Part shown: positions 39,728-51,133 of the stretch, piece after piece
How positions within the stretch are numbered: the stretch's first letter is position 1
How the letters are laid out: every line of letters starts with the position of its first letter
Origin: Gnetum montanum
Taxonomy: Eukaryota > Plantae > Gnetophyta
DNA: 64,000 bases
Direction of reading: 5' to 3'
Assembly (NCBI GenBank): GCA_015680685.1
Contig: MNCI01000125.1
Coordinates: forward strand, 47,548 to 111,547
Notes under the pieces: model-generated
What the model saw: only the letters and a program-made list of their open reading frames with translations
Databases searched by the model: none
What the model was told of the DNA's origin: nothing
Translations under genes and position numbers: made by a program

Positions 39728-42700
39728 CCAGTGCCATTTCCTTCTATGGTCTTCATTGGTTACTATCTCACGTGCTCTCTCCACCACTGTTGCTAGCTTC
39801 GAGCTAGCATAGGCTCAACACCCTTGTAGACCTACAACGACAATAGTTGGATCTAAGGCCAATGTGTAGCAACTGAAAACATCAAAGAATAGAATGGGAC
39901 ACCAAGAGGTCCATGGTTGCACAGTCTTGACCCTACTTCTACACAAGGGATTATCGGGAATGGAGGTGGGGTGCCCAAAATGGTCTTATTTATTGAATTA
40001 GGACTTATAGGTGTTACAATGAAATAAGTGTTAAAGGGGGATGTACTGTTTTGCAATGTTTGCGATGTCTACAGGTGTGAGCATAACAAAGATTTCAAAT
40101 GTGAGAAGAAAGGTTCAAACATGCAAATACATGCTTGAACAATGCAAAATGAGAGTAAAATGCTAAAAATATAAGGAAAAATGCATAGAATGTAAGTAAG
40201 AGAGAAAAGCACTACTCCAAATAAGGGAGCATAGTCAATTACAAAGGAAAGTTTAGGAGGTACATGATGTACAATAGGTGCAGTAAGCAAGCATAGTCAC
40301 AGTCTTAGGATGTTTGGCTGTGAAGAACTAATGTTTGCCCTAGAGTTTGAGCCTACTAGGTTGACTGCTGTAGTGTCCCACAAAATGCAGTGATATATAA
40401 TGTGTTAGGAGGTGTACAACAGTGTCACGGTGGTGTCCCAAATTTTGTCAAGTTTTTAAGGATTCTTGGATGTAAGAGTGTCAATGCCAAAATGCCAACT
40501 ACTGAATGAAAATGTCAATCTCTAAAATGTGAAGTGTAGGGGTATTTATAGGATTAGGGTTAGCGTGAATCATGAATCAAGCACCACGTGGTAGAGGGGT
40601 AGTTGGGACTATGTTAGCCCTTGACTACACTCCCACTGAAGTAAAATGATGTTCTACTAGTGTGCTCTAATGGACTTTGTCAGACTACTAGACTATGACT
40701 ACGTTGTTGAGACTACAAATGTGAATGCCAGATAGATCGCAAAGTACCTTAAAATAGTGCAAGTTAGAGACTATACTCTAGGACTACGCTGCCCACTCTT
40801 TTGAGTGGTGTCAAGTGTAGGTACAATTTTAGGGACAAATGGGGGATGCAAATGAAATGCAAGTTCCTGATCTTGCTTGTTGAAACAATGTTGGAGCTAA
40901 GATGTAGGCCAGTGCTAAGTTCTAGAAGTATCTGGAGATAGTTTCGGTAGATTGTGCTGAATATGCTCTAGAGTGTAGCCCAAGGAGTTAGGCAAATCTT
41001 GCCAAAAAATGATGCTCTATGTAGGCTATGCTTGCTACACTCTAGAGTGTAGTCTCAGAGGTGTGAGAATAGCCTTGACACTTGGAAAAGTTTGGCAAAG
41101 TTAATGTGCTCATGCAAAGTATGCTAACTATGCTTTGGAGCTTAGTAGGGAGTGTAAGCTCAGGAGTTAGAAAATCTGCCAAACTGGTCATTCCATACAT
41201 TCTTTGTAGCCTCTGACCTAATTCTTAGGAAAAATTGCAAATTGGTCATTCCAAGGCTAACTACACTCTAGAGTGTAGTCCCAATAGGGTGAGTGTAATT
41301 AGGGCACTTGAAAAAATCTACATATACTATTAACATTTAGAGAGATTTTGCAAATCTTGACTATTAGTGTCACCTACGCTGACTATGCTCTAGAGCATAG
41401 TTCTAGCAATGGAAGCATAGTCTTAACACTTAGAACAAATTTGCCAAGTTTTGACACTTAACCAAATTTGTAGTTGAGACTTGAGAGCTTGAATTTGGTG
41501 GTGTTTCATTGACATTTCTTTGTTGACATCTGGAGGAGTAGCTCAAGAGATGTCAACAAAGAACACAAAAACACCACATCAGGCCTAGTACCAACATCAC
41601 TTATCAGTACTTGACTGAATGTTGTTTCACCATGCTCAAGAGTGCTAAGGGTAATGGTATGCTGGGGATAAAGGGTATAGGGAGTATGCTAGGAGGTGAT
41701 AAGGGAATGAGAAGTGAAGGGTGCATGCCATTACAAGATGTAGAGTCAACACAATTGATGGGGATTGTGGCACCAAAGGTATCTTATCATCAAAACAATA
41801 ACCTCTCATCAGAGTGCTTGTAAGAGAGTCAACATCCATGGCACCAAAATGGTTTGCCCCTAAATGATAACCTCTCATTGGAGTGCTTGTGAGAAGGTCA
41901 ATGCAGATTCAGGGTTGGACCGGTTGCGAAATTGCAACTCTACTAGTTGTGCTTGGGGACTTATTTTGTTCCATTTCTTTTTTTTTTTGTGTTTTTTTCT
42001 TTTGTAACTATAAGGAAAACCTACTTTAGGTTTTGCACATTGTGAGAGGCTAGTTGCAGGATGCTTTTTGTCAAGTGGACTATGTGCCATCTAATGGGCT
42101 TTACCTTAGTGAAACCATGTAGCATTTGTAGGATAGGTGTTTCCTTCCTAGGATGAGTTGCATTACATCCACTTGGGCTTTGACTAGCCCATAGAGGCTT
42201 CCTAGAGGATGAGTTTTGTTATGTCTACTATGGGTTTTATGGTTGACAAAAGAGAATGCCATGTGCATCGGAAGGGTTGCAAGCTTGGAAATGCAAGGAA
42301 AGGTAGGGAAATGCAAGGGGTAGATTCAAGTAAGCGATAGCGGGATAATAGGGATGTGCACTCTTGAGCAGTTTAGCTAGCTTGATTGTTCATATTAGAT
42401 TGATGTGAAATCTTGCCATTGTGATGAAATGCATCTTTGCACAACCGTCTTTGGAGCTTCATCTTGTAGACAGAACATAGAGAAAACAAGCAAAATAACC
42501 ACACAACATAAGATGAGAGAAAACTACTAGTTGTAGGGGTGCTGAAAGTGCCATGAGTGCTAGAATAGTTGCAAGAGCTTGTAGCACTAGTGCAAGAAAA
42601 CTAGTGTAGGTGTTGGAGCAAGAGAGCTACAAAAGCTTTAGTAGCCACATTAGAGGCAAGTACTCAAGTAATGAGAACTTGATAGGATAGGTGAGATGGT

Positions 42701-43059
42701 CAAGGTCCTAATGATACCATTGCTTCAAAAGGTTGTGCTAACCTTGAGAGATCCAACCAATAATGAAATACCTAAGGCTAGTAATGCTATCAGTGTGGCT
42801 TGGGGTTGATACTACTAGCGACCATGGTAGGAGGCTCGAAATGTGAACAAAATGCTCAAAGGAATTTCTAGAGGATTAGCAAAATGCCAAGGATGGTAAT
42901 GCTGCAAATGTTCCATAGGCTTCTCTTGATGATGTAAACTCTATTCTAGAACTACAATGCCCTGCCTTGCCCTACCCATGAGGTGTGGGTAGATGATGGA
43001 AAATCAAAATTATTCATGCTTGCTTGTCCACAAAACTATGTGCGTTGAGCTACAAACCT

Positions 43060-43500
43060 AGTTTAAGGTCCTAGTAGATTGCATGCCATGCTAGCTTATA
43101 GCCCTACCAGATTATTGTATGTTAGTTTAACATCGTAGTGGACAATGGATGTTGTGCTAGTTTAATGTCATGACACAAGGATGGGCTATGCCAGTTTAAG
43201 CATTATGGCGAACAAATGTTATGGATGCTAATTTTAGCATCATGGCCCAAGGATGGTTTGTGCTAGTTTAGCTTCATAGCAGACATGCTATGCTGGTTTA
43301 TAGTCATAATGGACTATGTTGTGCTAGTTTATAGTTGTAGCAAAGTATGCTATGCCAATTTATAGTCATAACAAACTAATATATGCTAGTTTATAGTCAT
43401 AGCGGACTATGCTGTGCCAGTTTATAGTCACAGTGGACTCTACTATGCTAGTTTATAGTAGTGGTGGACTAATCTGCACTAGTTTATAGTCATAGTAGAC
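43060..43500. repeat. Tandem array of ~14 units of 30-37 bp, core TGCTAGTTTA(TAGTCATAG), just 3' of INT
   Basis: Units read directly, e.g. ctagtttatagtcatagcggactatgctgtg. Confidence 0.85.
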
Positions 43501-43530
43501 TCTTACTTACCTTGCTTTGTTATTAATGCA

Positions 43531-46500
43531 CTATGTGTAGTACAAATTCAGCTACAAGTGGTTCACTAGATTAGCAAATTTATTACCATCATGGTCAGCA
43601 AGATTGAATGCTCCATTACCATAAGCCTTAATGACTAAGAAAGTCCCTTCCTAGTTGGCTGAGAATTTGTCCACAGGTTTATGAATAGCCTTGAGGACCA
43701 AGTCCCCCTCCTTGATTAGGCATTGATGCTGATTGTGATGGTGCTTTTGCCATTGCATTTTTTGGTACTACTTGATGTGACCAAGTGTTTACATGCACTT
43801 CTCCTCTATTGAGTCAAGGTCTATGTCCCTCAACTCATCATTTTGATCCTCATCTATGAAGCTTGAGAAGTTTCTGTAGAGTGGCAGGACTTGCAATTCA
43901 AGAGGCAAGATGGCTTTAGACCCATAAACCAAATTGTATGACATCTTACCTATTATAGTTCTTCATGTCATGCGATAGGCCCAGAGTGCATAGATCAACT
44001 ACTCATGCAATTGTTGCTTACTGCTATGAAGCATCTTCTTTAGAAGGTTGACGATGACTTTGTTTAAGGCCTTTGCTTGGCCATTTTCTTGTGGATAGTA
44101 AGGCAACGAGAAGGAATGTTTAATTTTGTGGCATTTGCAAAAGGCCTTGATTTTAGCACTACTAAACTGTGGCCCATTGTCTATGACTATGGCCATGGGT
44201 AAACCAAAATGGGGCACTATGTTATCAAGTATGAATTTGCAAACCTACTATGATGTGGTCCTCCTAAGGGGAATAGCTTCAACCCACTTCATAAAATACT
44301 CAGTGGCTGTTATAATGAAACTATGCCTTGTGGAGTATGTAGGCATTATTAGTCCTATGATGTCCAATCCCCAACGTTGGAATGGCCACATGATCTATGT
44401 GGTATGCAATTCAGGAGGTGGCACATGCATGAGGTTACCATGTTGTTGACATGTATCATACATGTTGACCTTGAAGATGTAATCGTGCTCCATGTAAGGC
44501 CAATAGTAGCCTAAGTGTCTGATTTTGTTGCTATTGCCCTGGGTGCTATGTGACCTTTGCAGAGTCCCTCGTGGACTTGTTCGATGATCGTCTATGCTTC
44601 ACTATCATTGATGCATGTCAACAATATGCCATCATAGGATCGGTGGCACAAACTTCTATCACCTATAATGACATACTGCTACAATTGCTTTTGCATTGCA
44701 TCCTTTTGGGTAGTGAGTAGATGTTGCGAGGGTTTACCTTATAGAATGTGTGACTTGATGTCATCATACCACTCTACTGTGTGGGTTGTGCTTATTGTGG
44801 TGATGGATGCAATGTTAGTTGTTTTCATGATAGGCATAATGCAATCCACCATTGCAATGGGTAATGTGCAAAACATTTCATGTGTAATGCTTAAGGCTAA
44901 TGTAGCTAATGCATTGGCGATGGAATTTTTTTTGTGGGGGATATGATAAACATCACCAGTTGTAAATAACTTGACTAGGTGCTTCACCAAGTCATAGTAA
45001 GGCTTCAAGTGTTGGGCTTTGTAAGCATAGACCTCTATGAATTATTTAACAACTAGTTGTGAGTATCCTTGGATCGCTAGGTTCTATATTCCTAGGTCAC
45101 AAGTTGCTAAGATACCTCGAAGGAGACCTTCATAGTCCACCACATTATTAGTGCATGGAAAGACAAAGTGATATGCAAAGGATTAGATCTCCCTAGAGGG
45201 AAACATGATTATGGTAGTGACACTAACCCCTTGGGAGGTTGAAGCATCATCGAAGTGTAAAAGTTCCTTGAAGTTGTTAAGCACTTGGCTTATGCTAGTA
45301 ACATGCTCATCTAGAAATTCTAGATCTATTGTTGCTTGGTCATTGATTAAGAAAGCTGTAAGTTGTGTGGCTATTGCTTGACCTTTAGTTGATGCTTGTG
45401 TAATGTAATGCAAGTCAAACTTTGTGGTTATTACTTTCCAATGCATAATGTGACTGCTCTCATAGATATTTGTTGTAATTGCTTGGAGTACATTGCTCTT
45501 GTAGATGATGTTTACTTAGCTGTAGAAAAGATAATGCCTCCACTTCTTAAGTGTGAAGAATAAGATGAGGAAAGTGTTTTCTACATCATTGTACTTTGCT
45601 TCATAGTCCACTAATGCATNATGAGAAAAGTGTTTTCTACATCATTGTACTTTGCTTCATAGTCCACTAATGCATGGCTTAGGTAGTACATAGGAACCTT
45701 GTTATCATCATCTTGCTTTTGAAAAAGTAGCAAAGCAATGGATGCATTAGAGATAGCAAGGTAGATGTAGAATGGTTTATCTCATTGTANGAAGCAATGG
45801 ATGCATTAGAGATAGCAAGGTAGATGTAGAATGGTTTATCTCATTGTAGAGGGTAGACTGTTGGAAGTTGAGCCAAGTCTTGCTTAAGGTTGTGAAATGC
45901 TACTTGGCATTGAGCCATCCACTCAAAGTGGATTTCTTTTTTAAGTAAGTGTTGCGTTAGCTGCAACTTGTCGATTAGCTATGTATAAACCATCATTTGA
46001 ATTACAATCTACCTTGTAACCCTTGTAGCCCCTTAAGGTTGGTCGATGGTGCTAAGTTAATAATGGCCTTAACCTTATTGGGATCTATGTGTATGCCTAC
46101 TTTGTATACTACAAAACCTAGCATGCGACCCATCTTTATGCTAAAGACATATTTCTTAGGATTTAGCTTAAGTTCATGCTTTAGTTAGCGTTTGAGCATA
46201 AGTTCTAAGTCATCTGCATGGTTTTGTGATGCCTTGGATTTAATTGCTATATCGTCAATGTAATCATTGAGCAGACCTAATAGGTAATCACTAAAGATGT
46301 ACATCATGGCTCGTTGATAAGTTGCTCCTATGTTCTTAAGTCCAAAGGGCATCATGGTGTATCAAAATGTACCCCAAGGGGTCATGAAGATAGTACTAAG
46401 TTGGTGCTCTAGGTTGATCTGAAGTCAGTTGTACCCTGAGAACCTGTCCATAAAGGACAACAACGCATGGACAATTGTAGTATCGACTAGTTTATCAATA

Positions 46501-47147
46501 CTAGGCAATGGGACATCATCTTTAATGGTCACCTTGTTGAGGTCTTGGAAGTCTATGCAAATTCGTATACTTCCATTTTTCTTAGGAACAACAACAATGT
46601 TGGAGATCCAATCAGTGTAGTTAATTGTCCAGATAAAATTAGCTTTGTAGAGCTTGGTGATTTCATTGTAGGCTACCAACACCACCTTAGGCCTAACCTT
46701 GTGGGCCTTTTGTTTGATTGGTTTCATGTTGGGATTGAGGATTATGTTGTGTTGCACTATGTGAGGATTTAGGTCAGGAATATCTTCATAAGACCATGTG
46801 AATGCCTTGATGTTTTCATTAAGTACCTTTGCAATGTTTTGGGCATGTTGAGGCTCTAACAAAGAACTAAGCTTCAATGTTTTTGCCTCGTTACTAGATG
46901 TTGCTATAAGGACTTCAACAAGGGGATCCTTGGTGATGTCTCTTGTCTCTAGATCTATAGCCTTAACTAGGTGGTTTGGCTAGTTTAGTGGTACCTCTAT
47001 GGATGTTATGTATTCATCATAGGCTACAGGCTCAAGGTCCAAGCATTAAGGATCGATGCATCACGTAAGATCATCATGTGGCCCAGTAATGGCCAATGGT
47101 GGATGGAAATGCTTATACATAGCCATGTTGTGAATCCTACAATAATC
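43531..47147 (-). pseudogene. Degenerate pol (RT-RH-aRH-INT) of the Tat/Ogre element
   Basis: AFTWSYEDIPDL, WISNIVVVPKKNGSIRICIDFQDLNK, LSFMD.FSGYN; aRH LHFDDAS; INT IVIDNGPQF, YYPQENGQA; KFSANWEG-like GPY/F domain. Numerous stops. Confidence 0.92.
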
Positions 47148-47274
47148 CTACAAAAACAACCAAAAAAATGTCAAGCTGCATTTGTCTTAATGAGAGCAAT
47201 ATGCATAATTAAACAAAACAATGTGATAAAATTTTTCCTAAGTATGTAGATTTGATTGTAAAAGCAAGGAATGC

Positions 47275-47465
47275 ATGGGCTAATTTTAGGCCTTGGTAGG
47301 ATACTAGGTTGCTAGTTTGAGGTCTAGCAGATCATGAAGCACTGGTTTAAAGTTTGAGAAGATTGTTGAATGCCAGTTTAATGTTGTGGAAGATAGTGAA
47401 ATACTAGTTTAACATTGTAGTAGATGGTGAAATGCTAGTTTAACATCATAGCGAATAGTAATATG
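47275..47465. repeat. Tandem array of ~6 units of ~31 bp, core GCTAGTTTAA, just 5' of pol
   Basis: ctagtttaacattgtagtagatggtgaaatg and related units. Confidence 0.75.
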
Positions 47466-50400
47466 CACTAAATGCACTGTTGAGGCAAGGTTGGACACAT
47501 TGGAAGAGTAAAATTGGCTTGGGTGCTAACTGGGTGACAACAAAAATTCAAAATTTTTCTAAGTCTAGAGACTGCTAGAAAAATTAAAAATTTTTCTAAC
47601 TCTAGTAACTATGCTTACACCTAGCTATGCTCAACACTACTGAGCATAGTAATGGGTAGGTGAAAATTTAAGTGGTTCCTAGGGGTATATAAGTGCATTT
47701 TACCCTTGGTGAATTTTGTTATTGTCAAAGGTAAAAATGAACTTTCCAGAGTGTAGCATAGTTGCCAACATGTTGCATTGATGTGGATGCCAACACCCTA
47801 GCCTAGCCAACATGGAGGAGGGAGAGTGAGTCTTGGAGTGCCTACCACGAGCATGTGTGGAGGGGAGGAGAGCATTGTTGATTGCTAAGTATGCTTGACT
47901 ATGCTTTCCTCCTTGTCATTGTCCTTGCATTTTCTTTTGGCTTCATGCACTAGGTGTTTTCAGGGTTTTGGGGTTTTATGGATGGTGTCCTACGTTGGTG
48001 ATGAGTGGCGAGATACCCCTACACTCAACCATACAAATACAAGCGTAGCATGCATGATCTGATCAAACTCTGCAGACTAAGTGCCTACATGCCCCATGGA
48101 ACACTTAGGGTTAATCATTCATTGTCTTCCCAGACTTACTTGTAGTTGTTACGATGTATGGTTACGCAAGTCTAAGGTATATGATTTCTATGCTTTTTAT
48201 GTTTTATGTCTCCTATGCTAACAAGGTGAAGGGTTGAGAAGACTAATTAACTAACTCTAACTAATGAACTAATTCTAAATTAACCTAGCTTCAGCATTCG
48301 TTTCCACTTACCGTACACACCTTGAATCGATGCAACCTTGGCTACCAAACGCTAATCGTTGCTGGGATCACCAAGTGTAACGCACATGCTCGAAGTGGTC
48401 GTACTGAGGCACTTAACTAGGAGAGAAGGGTTGAGAAGGATTTAATAACTAATAAAACATGTAAATAATAGATAACAAATAACAGTAGTAAAATCCTATT
48501 CCATGCACTACAAGGTTTATCCATGAAGCTTGTCTTTATTGCCGTACACAAACTTGTGTTTAGATACAATGTCTGCTCGAATAAAGATCCGTTCACTTTG
48601 GGACTCCTACTGTGGGCACATGGAAAATATTCTATCTCTAGAGCGATCAATCTGCCAGAGTTTCCCTATTGTCTAGCCTAGGATGAGGAAATAAGGGAGA
48701 CCCATCTCTTATTTATAGATATGACGACACACTGTGATATTGCGTATGCGATATCGTAGGAGAAGACATGATATCGCATATGTGATATCACGAGGGATGC
48801 AATTTCGTGACTGCCGTGATATCATGTACGTGATATCGCGGTCCATGTGATATCGTGTCCCATCATACCCCCATGACTAAATGAAAACTCATCCTCGAGT
48901 TCCTTACAATAATATTGGGAAGATATGGGATTATTGACTCAAATGAAACTAATGGGATGATGTGAACAAATCATCATTACAAGACACAACAAACTGGTGT
49001 TCATGAAAACAAGGGCGAACACCTTATTACATTGTTATTAGGCCTCATTTGGTAGCTTGAGAGAAAAGAGAAGAGAGAATAGAGAAGAACTATTGCTGCT
49101 GCCAATGCTAGGATTACGCCTTTCATTGTCCATCCGTAAGTGTGCCATCGATCTTACTCCTTGCATAGCTACTTTAGCACTGCTCCATTCCAAGTGCTCC
49201 CTCTCGATCCAATTTGTTATTGCATGATTTCCATCTGCACACACAAAAAAATCTTATATTAGCAAGGGTAAATGAATTATCATGTAATTGATACCTTGCT
49301 TTGGTGAACGATCAATTGGCTGGGTTGTGGTATGGCTGATTATGGATATGGAGATATATTAATGATGACTACCGAAGGTGTAGGGGTTAGGAGAAAATTG
49401 AAAAAATTGGGTCTCATACCTCCATGACTAATTGCGAGCCTTCGGTAGCGAGAGAATGAAAAAAGAAAAGTAATAAGAAAGATGGATAAAAAGAGACAAC
49501 TAAGACATCAATAAAGTGGATGTCAAGATGGAAATGAACAAAACAAAATGGATTGCAAAATGTTAAGCGAAAGAAGTTAACTGGTGCACCAAATAGGAAT
49601 GCCAATGGGTCCTTCCCAAAGCAGGCTCATGCCCTTAATGCCCTAACAAACCTACATTCAAAGAGTCTATAGGCTTTGGGAATGTCCTTTAGAACAAGAG
49701 TTAAAGTCTTAATCATAAGAATTTACCAAAAAGAAAACGATGCATTTACCAAAATATACACTAATGATATAATCGGTAATGAGGTGAACAATGGAGAGAA
49801 GGATGGAGAGAGAAGAATGGAATGGAATCCCAAGGACAAGGTGGTGTACAACCCCTTGTGGATTTCATGATTAACGTGACTTGGCAAATCTCATTCCAAC
49901 TCCAGCCTCAAACAAACCACATCCAGTGACTTCACATCAATGTATTTGGCCAATGCATCCTCGTGAATAACAAGAATTCCTTCACCCAAGAGCCACCACC
50001 ATTTCGACGAAAGANGCATCCTCGTGAATAACAAGAATTCCATCACCCAAGAGCCACCACCATTTCGACGAAAGAAAGGAGAAAATGGAAAGCAAGAAGG
50101 GCCTTAGTTAGAGGGAATGTTTTTAGTTCCATAACCAATGCTTGTAGCCCAAGAGATTATTTTGTTTAAGGGGTGTGCTTTGAATTCTCACTTTCTTTCT
50201 TTTCTCTCTTTTTTTTGTTGTTTTTATTTTTATGCATGAGAACCACACCATGCAAAGACTTCTTATTTTTATAGACTCAGCTTTCGATAATTGGGTAACA
50301 TCAGAACAGTAAGAAAACTTAAGAAGAAAACATCCAAGCACCCAAGAGAATGGCCAACGCAAATGCATCAAGTTCCCTTGAAGTCACACCCTTTGCAAAC

Positions 50401-50660
50401 CTTGAGTCCTTTCTTAGTTTGAGAAATACCCAGTCACCGATTCGTTAAAGTTATTATTAGGAAGGGACTGTACATTTCCAAGCCAAGAGAGACCATAGAA
50501 CTTGTGGGGAAATGGATGAAGTGAACTCATTGCCTACGATATCAAAAGAAACATACCTTAGTATCAACATCGTAACTTAAAGGTAAAAACCAAACATTAG
50601 CAATCAAATGGAAAAACAGTTCATACCATCGTGAAGAACACTTATTGGGTGACAAACTTA

Positions 50661-50865
50661 NNNNNNNNNNNNNNNNNNNNNNNNNNNNNNNNNNNNNNNN
50701 NNNNNNNNNNNNNNNNNNNNNNNNNNNNNNNNNNNNNNNNNNNNNNNNNNNNNNNNNNNNNNNNNNNNNNNNNNNNNNNNNNNNNNNNNNNNNNNNNNNN
50801 NNNNNNNNNNNNNNNNNNNNNNNNNNNNNNNNNNNNNNNNNNNNNNNNNNNNNNNNNNNNNNNNN
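50661..50865. other. Assembly gap (N run)
   Basis: Run of N. Confidence 0.99.
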
Positions 50866-51045
50866 AAAAAAAAATGTGTAAGACAAAAATGTGTAAAACA
50901 AAAATGTGTAAAACAAAAATGTGTTAAAAAAAATGTGTAAAACAAAATTGTCTTAGAGAAAAATGTGTAGAACAAAAATGTGTTAAACAAAAACATGTAA
51001 AACAAAAACTTGTAAAAAAAATGTGTAAAATAAAAAATGTAAAAG
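50866..51045. repeat. 15-bp minisatellite (aaaaatgtgtaaaac)n
   Basis: About 11 degenerate units adjoining the gap. Confidence 0.85.
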
Positions 51046-51133
51046 AACTGAGGGCGTCCAATGATTAGCATAAGTGGCCATCTCCCCCATGACTGAATTT
51101 TAAGGGAGAGATTCGAAATTATGAATATCTATT

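Noticed and set aside
43060-43500. Repeat/variable-spacer pattern resembling a CRISPR array
   Set aside because: The variable parts are homologous to each other, there are no cas genes, and the context is a eukaryotic retrotransposon. It is a degenerate tandem repeat.
45565-45850. Two exact ~55-bp duplications inside pol, each split by a single N (45620, 45790)
   Set aside because: Same scaffolding artefact.
49956-50075. Near-exact ~59-bp duplication around the N at 50016
   Set aside because: Assembly overlap artefact.
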